Positions 45,601-57,105 of a stretch of DNA of 64,000 nucleotides are shown here, piece by piece. The notes beneath the pieces are model-generated. The model had not been told where the DNA came from and did not search any database. It saw nothing but the letters and a program-made list of their open reading frames with translations. The position numbers were made by a program, and so were the translations under genes. The stretch comes from Chlorokybus atmophyticus (Eukaryota > Plantae > Mesostigma and Chlorokybus algae). The stretch lies in assembly GCA_009103225.1 (NCBI GenBank), contig RHPI01002204.1, positions 124,001-188,000 on the forward strand, in the 5' to 3' direction. Each line of letters begins with the position of its first letter. The first letter of the stretch is position 1.

Positions 45601-46300
45601 CACTGCAATTGCAATAGTCAACTGCGTCACACCGTCATCAGTTGGTTGCTTCGAAAAGTCACCTGCGGCATTGCTGGTTGATGCACGAATGATTGCATGG
45701 ACTGCGTCATTGCTGGTTACTGCACTATTGGTTGAATGCCGGACGAATGGCCACGCGCTCCTGTGCTCAAACCCAGCCTACTTTGTGCGGCACGCGCGCG
45801 CGACTTCGCACGCTCACGCACATCCTAGCATGCAAAGGTAGGCATGCATTTGAGGTGCATGTAGTCAACATGCACAGCGAGATTGGCAACAACATACCGC
45901 CGCCCAGCTCTGTCTATCTGCTTTGGCTTCCGCAATGTCGGCTTGACTGTAGGGTGGGTATGGGTGAATAGTGGAGGCCTGCAGCCACGCTACATGTATC
46001 ACATGGACTGCGCTAAAAAACAAATTGCTCTTGCAAGGAAATGCATGTGACTATAATGCGTACCTCTGCATTCCTTTGTGCTTGTTCCCACAGCCGCAAT
46101 TGGTCCCGCATGGTTGTGACAAGGGGCTCCAAAGACTGCAGCTCATAATCCACTCCTTGTTGCAGAGAGCGAGCCACCAAGCAGCTCTCTGTGTGAAGAT
46201 GGTCCTTAATGGCTTGCCTGCTGGTTTGTCCAATGTTGGTGATGCATGTTGGACAGCCCCATTGCTGACGCCTTCCATGATCCATAACGTGGCGCCCGGT
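42700..46300 (-). pseudogene. Multi-exon or decayed gene with a Zn-finger-like motif and an OTU-like cysteine protease domain (~44150-44720)
   Basis: APTDGNCFYHC (Cys box), VYVEHLQMTMFANKLGLLIGCV (W..HIEL..LS..L...I.V-like) and EAHFWLLRP (His box, in the next frame). CPTC..IKDHLHTESC near 46200-46260. Boundaries approximate. Confidence 0.65.
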
Positions 46301-46881
46301 AGTAGCTGGCTTCGCTGCTTAAAATCGTACGACCACAACCTCTCGCAAGATGTGCCACGCCGCCGCCGCCGCCGCCGCCTCCTCCGACTCCTGGTCCTCC
46401 GCCTCCTAGTCGAACCTAGGCCCACTATGCCTGACATTCGACCCGTCATCGACCTGGTGCCCCTGCGTGCCATCATTTGGCCATCAATGAAGCGTGTTTG
46501 GGTGAGTGCACGCTAACTCCCATTTGGGGTAATCGAGCAATGCCTCTGTCGTACCATGGATGGTACGACAAAGCCATTGTACGGCAATGGCTGGGGTTGG
46601 ACGAGAGATGCCTCAGTCGTACCATACATGTTACGACACAAACATTGTTACCAATGGTTGTACGAAGCATGGATGGCACGAATGCATAAGTCGTACCATC
46701 AACCATAGGAGCAAGGACGCACTACAAGTGTGACTCTAGTGCGGGACTTTAGACGTTCAAAACCGCCTCATTTTCGTCTTCGCGCCTCGTACATTCGGGC
46801 GGGCCAACCGGCGGCGGCAGCGTTGGAGGCGGCAGCGCCACTATCAGCTAAACAAGCGGCACCCGACTATCAGTTGAAGAG

Positions 46882-48723
46882 ATGCCTCGTGGTCCGTCCG
46901 TAGGCGCACCTCGTCGTGGAGGTCGGCGCCAGTTGTCCACATTGCCCCCAGGGTTCAACCAGGCAACCGTCGCTAACCAATCGCAGCAAGAACCCGCGCT
47001 AACGCCCAGCACATCACAACAACTCCACCTGACACCGCAGTGGAAAGGGCAAGCTAGACTGCATGCGTTCTTGATGCACTGTGCACGTTGCTTCTTGCTC
47101 AACTTGTAACTTGGATGCTTGCTTCTTTCATGACTGGCATAGTGACTCACTGCATGCGTTCTGGATACACAGCGCACGCTGTTTTACTTTTTCTCAACTG
47201 TGAAGGTTGCATCTTTCATGGCTGGCAGCATGACTCATGTGGTTGTGCTTGCAGAGGGTCGATTGGAACCCCCAACCCAAACGCATTTGGCCGTGACGTG
47301 GCAACCTCGGCCGTCAGCAACCCTTCCCCAAGCAAGTGGAAGATTGGCAACGAGGTAAGCACTGTGTGACACTGTGACACTGTGTGTATGTGTGTAACGG
47401 ATTGTTCGTCTGTGGACAGCATTTGCGAGATGCCGTCGTTAAAATCATAAACGGCCACTGGGTAGAGAGCCACGTTTATCCCAAGGATGACACTATTCGT
47501 AACGTCATGTGTCAGGTGCTGTGAATGCTTCATGACCGCACTGCACCGTGACACTGACCAACCTGCCCGTGACAGGTAGTTGGCTTCGAGCATGACGACG
47601 AGGCCGATGCGGCCAAGTTCTATGAGGTGTACTGGACTCCTAAGGAACACCCTTCCACCGGAGTGTCGCCTTGAAGAAACCTACGCAGGTCCGGTCTGTG
47701 AACGTCACCAAGATCAAGCATGTCCTTGAGAAAGAGTACAAGTGGACACTGTTTAGTAGCAACAAGCGCAAGTGAGTTGGGTCCCTCACCACCATGTCTG
47801 CTATGCAACACTACCTTCTTACTCAGCCTCCATACACACGTACGCATCTCGCCTATTGTAACCGATTCAATCAGGCACATCGACGCCCTAATGGACCCCG
47901 AGACCCGACAAGCCCAGATGCGCAACGCGCTCCCAAGTAAGTCACAGGCACTAATCTAGCCTGGTGCAGGCTCAACTTGAACTATCTATATCATGACTAA
48001 TGCCTTGTTGGTATGACTGTCGCAGACAAGTCATAACGGAGATTTGAAGTGACCGACAATGCAGACCCGGAGCGGAGGAGATACATCCATGAATGGGGCA
48101 ATCCCATAATCTGGCAAATGATCGTGCAATGCGGGTCTTACGCCGTCACTACACCTAGTCGCCGGCAGCTGACAGTCAACCACCTCGCATACCTGTTGCT
48201 TACGATGAGCACTCTGAACTCCATCATTAGCAATCTAAGAATGCTGTTTTTCCAAACTACAGGCTTGCAGACGCGCTGCAGTGAATAGTGGCTTTTGATG
48301 CCACTAAGACATGCATGTAAACTACGCAGGTGGAGCGCATCCTAAAGGGCAAGAATGGAGACCCTCTCCTAGCAGCCAGCCAGCATCGACACACATGAAG
48401 AGTACCTCAGCGAAATCAACACCATGATCATGTAAATAAAGCGGGAGATGAGGCAACGGTACGCAGCCCTCCAGCCGTTCACCCTTGTGAAACGCCGCAC
48501 TGAATCTTGTGTCGAATATCTGAAAGATCTCAATCGGCGCCGGCCGCAAGAGACAGCAGCTCGTGATCCGCTCACTGAGGCAGAAGCGGCATTTGATTGG
48601 CTGGCACAACCGTTTGAGGAGGAAGAGCAAGCTCCGGCGTCTCCTCCACAAGCCCCAGCGCGTGGTGCTTTGTTCCATGATGACGAGCAAAGCGATGATG
48701 GAGAGGAGCTGTGGCGCAGTTGA
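46882..48723 (+). pseudogene. Unknown multi-exon gene, divergent from the OTU gene
   Basis: ATG at 46882, several GT..GCAG intron-like segments, last exon ends EEEEQAP..GEELWRS*. Some stops. No recognised domain. Confidence 0.4.
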
Positions 48724-49074
48724 TAGTCCGTTTAGCTGGTAGTGTACATAGCTACAAGGCTCTTGTGACTGAGTGTTGTGCATCTTAAACCAGCTAAGTC
48801 AATCGTCATTATGCTCATGCATGTCATACTTGCATCCCTATGATATACAACAGAACTGCATTCAAGTCACATAATCGAACTACAAGCCTTGACAAGTAAC
48901 TGAGAGACACTGTACACATTTCAGGTACATGTACACAGCACATGCACATAACAATGCTGGCAGTCATTGACAGTCGCGTGTAGTCAAGTTATGCAAATAC
49001 ATATGACGACAGTTAGGCATTAGTCACCTTCAGTTGTTAAAGAGTGCCTTATTTGGTCGATAATTACCTAGTTG

Positions 49075-49390
49075 GTGCTTGTAAATTAGGCTTAGTCGCC
49101 TGCGCTGGACTGGTGTGTAACCTGCAGGTGCCTGTCACATAGGCTGAGTCACCTAAGTAAGACTGATGTGTAATTTGCAAGTGCCGGCTAATTAGGTGTA
49201 GTCACCTGCTAAGACCTGATGTGTAACTTACAGGTGCCCGTTGATTGCTTGTAGTCACCTACTATGGCCTGATGTGTAACTAACAGGTGCCTGTTAATTA
49301 CATAAAGTCACCTTGCAAGGCCTGATAAGTAACTAACAGGCGCCTGTTAATTAGGCATAGTCAACTAATAAAGACTAAATTGTAACGAAA
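49075..49390. repeat. 53-bp tandem repeat, ~6 units
   Basis: AGTC(A/G)(C/A)CT anchors at 49094, 49147, 49200, 49253, 49306 and 49359. Core CCTGATGTGTAACTAACAGGTGCCTG. Confidence 0.92.
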
Positions 49391-50599
49391 AGGGCCTGAT
49401 AGTAACGGAAGTTACTATTAAGACCCTGTATCGAGATTACAGGTGGACTGAGCCACGACAGTATAAATTAGTATCCTCAGGTGCACGGCCGTTGCCAATA
49501 TTTGATCGGCCGGCAGGGAAAACATATTGCGACGATGCGTCTTTAATGAGTGAGTCACTCATATAACATCAAATGTAATACACTCTCTTCCTCTACCATT
49601 TGTGTGTTGCTCTCCTTCTCACCTGCACATGTTGACAATGTTGCCATAACAACAGTAACAACAACTGTACATCAAGTACCCTTCCAGCTCAAAGCTTTAA
49701 ACGTGTTTTTGCAAATGCATATTTTATGTGCATGCCCAATATAGTGTGTAGACGTTCATAATGCCTGGCAGCTTGTTTGAGAAAATGCGGGTTGCAATAA
49801 CACTCAGCTGGCCAATTACGGTACTGCATTAGATAGTTGTTTTAAGGCAATGTAGACAACTGCTATCATAAATATAAGCCTCCACATTTCAAACCCTTTT
49901 TGAAAGGCACCCCTTACAATGCAAACATTTATGAAAATATACTCGTTGAGCTGATCGGCACACGAGCATGACTTGAAAATTTTAACATGTTTAAAAGTAC
50001 GCAACCTGCGCAATCATTGCGCAATGGCATATGATGTGCTATAGTGTTATCACTTAAACAACAACCCAAACTTGGTAACGTGTGCGCAAGTAAATATAAC
50101 ATGTGTTTGTTAGCATGCATTAACGCTATTGCAAGGTTGGCGACCATGATATGCTTAATTTAGCATGAGTCATCTCATGATTACCCACTGGGTCATGTTC
50201 TGCAGTCGTATTAAGACGTGGAAAATGTGAAGGTGCTACATAATTACCATTCATCCAAACGTTAATGTTCTTGTGAGGACCTTCACATTCCCGTTTCAAT
50301 CATATGGCACAACTATACATCAATTCAACGCAGCTTTTAGGTTCGTTGCGAAAAAAGTCCAACTTTTACTATTGTTTTTGTAATACAAGGTACATCAATA
50401 GTACTACTGTTGCCATCTTAGTGTTAATCATGCATCAAACGCTGGCTGACAAACTCCGACAACTCATTATTATGCATAATATTCAAAAGCGGTAAAGGCG
50501 AGAACGCCACTTTCTTTCGTGATGAAGGCAAAAAGATCGGGGATAAAGTTGCTGAATTGGTAAGTCTCATCAGGTATAATGTAAAAGTCATATTGGACG

Positions 50600-50892
50600 T
50601 GCTGTGACAATTACGAGCGGGTGATACAAGATTATCCTTATTGTGACCTTACTCATCCTCCATGAACCCTGATGCTCGCACAAGCTGTTTGAGCGGCTTG
50701 CATGATGGTGTGCCGCAACGTGACAACAACGTGTCTGCACGGTACATCTGTCCTCCGTTCAGTGTGATGCTATTGTCACACATGAGGACAAGACGGCAGT
50801 TGTCAGTGACAACTTGTCACCGTCACGGCAGCATCCGGCACGTCGGGTTGCGTGCCTGTGGCGGCTTCCGTGACGGTAATTTCCCTGAGGTG
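50600..50892. other. Candidate CACTA-type right terminus with subterminal GTGACAA/TTGTCAC and CCGTCACGG motifs
   Basis: Ends ccgtgacggtaatttccctgaggtg (reverse complement CACCTCAGGGAAATTACCGTCACGG). No partner TIR seen in the window. Confidence 0.45.
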
Positions 50893-51735
50893 TTTTCCAT
50901 GAATTGATGGCATCTGGTTAACTTGAGCCCTAGCAAGTTACCTGTATCCGCACTGGACTTCATGGATTATCCAGAATCTCCTTGGCCCCTGTAATGTGCG
51001 ATGTGTGGTAGAGTTGGATTTGCTCATAAGTTTTGGATCTTTTTGCGGCTATGAGCTGGTGCACCACATGTGATGTGGCAGCCAAAACTTTGTCTGGTGC
51101 ACTGCCGACTCGGGAGTGCCGAGCATCCACGATTCCAGTGTTTACTTGCCCGGCTGTGACGAAGCCATTGCGAATATTGATTCCTCAAACCCAGTTGGCA
51201 CCCAACGGCTCTGCGGACAAATGTGGACCAATAGGCTTTTGCCAGTGCGTGTGGATATCAACACTCCTCCGGAGCCCGAAGCCCGCCACTTCAGCAGTCT
51301 GGACAGATTGCACCGATCTTGGCGGAGGTCACGGGGGGTCACCCGCCGTGAGTTGCACACTGCATGTCACTGCTTAGTTTTTACGTTCGGGCACCCGCGC
51401 GACCGGCTTCTGCCCCACGTGCACATTCGCTTTATGGCTGGCAGCTCCGGCAGCCGAATCGCCACGATCTCGGGCAGAGCCGATATTCTCCCTGTATTGC
51501 AGTATCTCGCGTCTTGGAGCGGATATCGTGTTAGGTACGTTTGGGCGCTCAAGGGCGCCCTTTGCGTGTGTGGAGGTAGCCGACATACTGACCAATACTA
51601 GCCAGTAGAGCTAAGATGTGCAGGCATTTGTGACAGTGAGGTTGAGGTTTGGCGGCGCAGGCGGCGGCGGGTGTTTTGGTGAAGCTGCCTGTTGGAGACA
51701 GTGGCCTTGTCGTGCGGCTGAAAGTTGTCGCTAAC

Positions 51736-54004
51736 ATGGCTCGCGGTCGTAGCGTGCTTGTGGCTTGCGCCCTGCTGCTCGCCGTCGCCGTCCTGCCGGC
51801 GGCTGCGCAGAACGGCACTTGCTCTAAGGCTTGCTTTGATGTCACGAGACCCAATTACGCGACGGGCGGAGGGTAAGCGCAGCAAGCCTCGTCGTTGCTA
51901 ATCTCCTAGCATGCTTCGCATGCCTGCCGTTTGGTGTGTGTGTCTGACATCCTCCATGCATGTGTCCCGCACACACTATCCAACGTACTTGCCTTACCTC
52001 CCACGTAGTGTGCCTCGCATTGCATGTGGGTATGTCTACGTGCGTTGCATGTGCGTTGTTAGGTCTGCGCACGCTTGTATTGTCGGCACCCGGCACGGTG
52101 CCCATGCATGTCGGCATGCTGAGGTGTTAAATTGTGCTCTACTTCAAGGCAACAGGTCGACTGTCTCAATTTTCACGTGCACTCGACAGGTTTTACTTTG
52201 CTGACGCAGCAAACTGCGACCCTAACCTGTCGGACGGTCCATTTTATTACTGCCTGAACGTGACCTCAACCAGCAACTGCCGCCAGTGCAAGACGCCACT
52301 CACCACCGCAACTGACCCTGCATACGTGCTCCCAGACTGCCCGCAGTGCGTTCTGGACCGCTACCCTGACAGCACAGGTGCGCGTTGTTGGGTGTTGGCA
52401 GTTGAGGTTGCTCACTTGGTGCAGTGGTTGAAGTTTGTCAATTGGTGCAGTGGTTCCCAGCACTCCTCCCGGCTCACCTGCGGGTAGCCCTCCATCCGGT
52501 CTGAATATCGATGCCATCCTGAGCTGCATCAACCAGTCCGACCCCAATTTCCAGACCGGCATTGGCTACCAGTACTATGACCCCATATGTTACACGGAGG
52601 TGTCTCTCCTGTGCGTGCAGGCTACCGGCTGCCGTCTGTGCGAGGTCCCACCCTCCACCAGCACCAAAAGCCGCCGCCTGCTGCAGGCACCCCAACCCAG
52701 CGTGGCAGCCCCAGAGTGCCCAGCTTACATTTGCGATTACTATGGCGAGACTGGTTGCCTGCCTCAAGTTGGTGAGTGCAAACTCCTCAATACTGCAAGA
52801 GGTTGAGGAACTGTGGCAATGTGTGTTTGCTTGCGGTCTGCGTAGTGGTTTCTCATGTAGTCATTTTGTGCTGGTAGGTACTCCGATTGTCTTCGACTTC
52901 ACCACTGTCCCTGCGTCAATTCGGTTGACTGGTGTGGGTGGTCAGCTTGTCCCTTTCACGCCAGCACGCCGCCAAGCTTTTCAGCAGGCAATTGCCAATG
53001 TCCTTGGCCCATATGTCAGGTTTGTGATAATTACTAGTGACTTGTGCAGGTGTTGAATGATTGGAGTGCTGATATGTTTCCCCTTTTGCAGCCCTTCCAA
53101 TGTAGAAATTCTCAATGTTCAGACTATTGCTAGTGGCGGTGCTGCTGATGTTGTCGATGTTTCCTATCGCGTGAGGGTCCCCACCACTGCTGCCCCTGAT
53201 GTTGCCAAAGCATTAGATGTGACTCAGAACTCGGCTATCCTCCAGGGCCAACTGGCTGCGGCAGGTTAGTTATTGTTGTTGATGTTCATGTAGAGAAGAA
53301 AGTGTATTTTGGAAGTTCTGTTGTCAGTCAAGCTGGCTTGTGCAACGTGGCTGACTCCCTCTCTGCAGGTCTTGGCTTGACGGCTGTTGGTGTGGCTGGA
53401 TCTGGTGTGTCCGGCCCTGCTCTTGCACCTGCTCCAGTGGTGCCTACCATTCAGATTTCCTATGTGACCGGTGCTTTCCAGATCATTACCTTGACTGACA
53501 ACACCACGAACCTGGACCCAACGCTGTACTCTGACGTGGTTGCTGCTGCTTTGAACCTCGACTTCCTTTAGTAAGTGTCTTCACATGCAGTTGTTGCTTT
53601 TCAAGCTGATGTGAATTACATTCAACTCACAATTGGTGTCTTCTGCTTACAGCCCTGAGAACATCACCTTGACCAGTGTCGCCATTTCATCCTCAAACAC
53701 AACCGTGACAACCCTTGTGGCAAACTACACCATTGTGGTGCTTACTGAGAACGAGCCAGCGCTTCTGGATGCACTCAACAATGCTGACCTAGGTGCCCTG
53801 GCTGCTGCCTTCACCGCAGCAGGCGTTGCTGTCACCTCCATTGTTCCCATTGGCACTATCACAACAGTCGACACCACAGCACCAGCTCCCTCTTTTGGCT
53901 TTGCCCCTGCCCCCTCTCCCGGCAATGCTGCTTTCACGCATATAGCAAACAAGTATCTGATAGGTGCTGCCACCACACTGGTGGCTCTCATCTTCCTGTC
54001 ATGA
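51736..54004 (+). CDS. Host gene, 7 exons, 504 aa: signal peptide, Cys-rich region, two SEA-like repeats, probable GPI-anchor signal
   Basis: Exons 51736-51872, 52190-52377, 52451-52771, 52878-53019, 53092-53264, 53369-53570 and 53653-54004. All introns GT..AG and phase-consistent (1515 nt). Hydrophobic N-terminus, RRLL motif, C-terminus PGNAAF..YLIGAATTLVALIFLS. Confidence 0.9.
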
Positions 54005-55287
54005 AGTAGATAGTGTATGCATTTCCCTTGTCAGTTTTCTATTTGGCCCTTAGAATAGGTGTAGTGAGGGTTCTTCTTGCAAGATTCTTCGCCCTTTGTT
54101 CATAATTTACCGGTCAGTGGTCATTATGTTGTGACAACTGTGCTGTGCATGACTGTTATGTCTGTTAGCCGTCATGCGCTCTGTGATCAGTTTGATATGT
54201 GCTTTGCTTGTGTCACATTGCCTATGAATATGCGTCATCCCCTGGCTGTACGACTGGACAGCATGTGCATCAAATTCTACAAAGTGATGTGTGACAGCAA
54301 CATGCATGTGCAATGCATATACGGCAGTGAGAAGCAGCAGCCGTGGTGGATAGGTCCAATTATACTGTTAGGCTAGCATGATGTCGTGTGGTAAACACCT
54401 AATTGGCCGTGCAATAAGTCATTTGAATCTTGTGGTGCAAGCCGCCTGGCTACTGTGGAAGATGTTGCACGTACTGACTATGGGGTATAGGAGGTTTAGA
54501 TCCACTGCACTGTAACGCAACAAGTACAGTACCACAGCCATCCAATCAGAGAAGCTGTGACTTACGGCAAGGGCAAGCGCAATCATAGCTTGTAACTACG
54601 TGCCCTAGTTCAGTGCATGAGTGTGGCGGAGCAGGAGGTGAAGCAAGAAACGACGGCAACCAATCAACCTGTTGGCCACAGCCGCTGGTGAGTAGAGGTG
54701 GTAGTAAACTGCGGCAGCAGCAGGACATGCACAGATAGCAGCACAGCAGCAAAACTAGGTGGGGCGGGGTGGGATGGTGATGTTGTTGCTGTTGTGCTAT
54801 GCAGTGCTGTAGTGGCAGGCGCAGCCACCTTCATCAGCTGCGCCGCTCCTGCACTTGCTTGTGCAAGGCTTGTTTGTGGCGCTGGTGAGTGGCTGCAGAC
54901 GATTCTTCAGCAGCAGCGGTCTGTTGCGTAATCATGCAGTAGCAAACTACTCAGTTTGCAGTTAGTACAACGCGTGCAAGCAGTCCAGTTAGTTCATCAA
55001 CAAGCAGCGCATGGCAAGCATATACGTACTCGTTAAACACTATTGGCATTAACCAAACACGCGCGGTCATGTCCGTACCTAGCCACAACCTTGGTAGGCT
55101 GGTCACGCCGCTATGCGAAACACGCGGACGTGAGTGTTCACTGATACACTGAACACATTCAGTTACTCACAATCATCCCCAGTTACACCATTAGTGGCAT
55201 GCATAATGTGACATGCCTAAGTCAAGCATTCACAACATTAAAGGTCTTATATTACCCTTTTATGTCACACACCACACAGGTTCTATA

Positions 55288-55318
55288 CTAGGGACCCTAC
55301 TCGCCCGAGGCGAGTAGG
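55288..55318 (-). other. Helitron-like 3' terminus (hairpin, then CTAG, then target T)
   Basis: 10-bp stem cctactcgcc/ggcgagtagg at 55296-55318. On the minus strand it is followed by gtcc-CTAG-T. The spacer is short and no 5' end was found. Confidence 0.45.
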
Positions 55319-55829
55319 CACATTAGCTGCCAAAGCGTAGTAAAAGAGTGGATACCATAACGAGCTAAGACTGCCGCTTTTATATTTCACGGACTAATTT
55401 TAAGCTAATTACAAATGCCTATCTATTATTATTTAACTATAAAAACGCCTGCTCAATCGTAGCTAAGCATTGTAACAAGCGTTTATTGGCCGTAATATTA
55501 CTACGTTCTATTCGGTCAGTCAGTTACAGCTTATAAACACTGCAACAGCCGATCTTATCTGGTAACACAACCGTCAGCTAACAGCGCTGACGTGTATGTA
55601 GTACGAGCAGTACGGCGGCTACTCAATTGCGTGAGTAGCCATTGTACTACTCGTATTGCTACGACACCACCACAGCTGTGGTAGGCCGGTCCTCCTCATT
55701 CATTCCATTATGTGTCGTCAGTTGTTTATTCTCAGCACCATATGGTTTCACTTCATCCTGTCTCATGGTCTATGCTTGGTTTTGTCAACATTAAGTTACC
55801 ATACTTTCCTTTTCATCAGCCCGGGTCAG

Positions 55830-56100
55830 CACCAATTGCCTGTTTGCAAATGACACTGTCGCATGGCTGCTGACAACTTATCAGTGCCAACCAACAACAC
55901 TTCCTTGAGTGCAAAACAAATGTACACATTGATAGGCCAAGTGGCCTTCTCCATTGTGATTGAAGGTTGCATCAAACGTCCCTCCAAGGCATAGTAGCGA
56001 CCATCAGCACTCTTCAACGAGGTTGAGGATGGTACCACTTCGTCCTTCAATGCAAGCTTGTTATGCAAGCCCTTGCTCATGACAGTTGTCATGCCTATTG
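55830..56100 (-). pseudogene. Relic retropepsin-like (Gypsy-type) protease fragment
   Basis: TTVMSKGLHNKLAL..STSLKSADG..EGRL..EVLLVGTDKL. The catalytic DTG/DSG is not preserved. Confidence 0.5.
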
Positions 56101-57105
56101 CACGCGCATACCAGCCTTCATCGCGCATGCCTACATCAAAACCATCGCCCGGCCTACCAGCATACCAACGCGCGCGCGTCACTAACCAGTAGCTAGGTCA
56201 TAACGCTAGAATAGATCGCGACCATAGCCTACATAGGCACCGCGCGTAGCTGTTCAGTTGTGAGTTCAGTTAAGGTGTGTTCTACATCGAGTGGAAATTG
56301 CTGCGAAAATGGCCTCGATATGACAGTTAGCTTATATTCTGAACAATCATAAATTAACTTGTATAAGTAGTCACGGTGTTCACCGGATCAGCTGGTGACA
56401 CTGTGAGTGAGAAAGCTAAGCGCTTGTGAAGCGACTTGAACTGCGAACACGCCATCCCGGTTTTTAAGAAACCCCTTACTGTGTGAAAGCCTGTGCATGC
56501 TCGTGTGCATCGTGCTTGTCATTGCTGTGAGCTTGGTGTGCCTGGTTGCAGTGTGGTTGCTGGCATCAGTCAGGGCATAGTATCCACGTGTTGCTTGCTC
56601 ATTCACCTCACTTGACAGTGTAACACATTTCCGCTCATGCAAAGAACTGTGTAAACAGCACTACCTATAGTAGTGGCTTGTTGACTCACAGTGTCACCCT
56701 CTTTGCTCAAGTGAGTGCGTTGCATTCTGCATCAAATCGTGCAGTCTGTATCTAGGGACACACCCTTATGCATTCGTTATCACTGTCATTACATAGTGCA
56801 CACACAAGCACTAGTGTGGTGAGTGGTAGCGGCATCGCGACAGGCAGTAGAGCACAAACACTCTACCCTGCATACACTTTCACCTGTGGACTAGCTGTAT
56901 GAGCAGGCCCACCCCGTTCTCTTCAAAAGACGAGGGTGACCTCAGCAGCTAGAGCCCAACCTCCGATCTCACCTACAAGCGGACCAGTGACGGGAGCAAC
57001 GATCGTAGCAGCAGAGGCTCGTGTTCTGTCTCTGGCTTTACTTCGTTCCTGTCTACTCCTCGGCATCGAGCTTCCCCACTCTCGTTTGACAGTGACGACT
57101 ACGAG

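Noticed and set aside
51116-51601. 161-aa ORF upstream of the host gene
   Set aside because: No recognisable motif, non-ATG start, and overlapping ORFs in several frames.
54546-54931. Short GC-rich ORFs as a gene
   Set aside because: Low complexity, with no consistent frame or exon chain.
56200-57000. 5' LTR and PBS of the DNMT3 Gypsy element
   Set aside because: Plausible position, but no second LTR or convincing tRNA match to fix boundaries.
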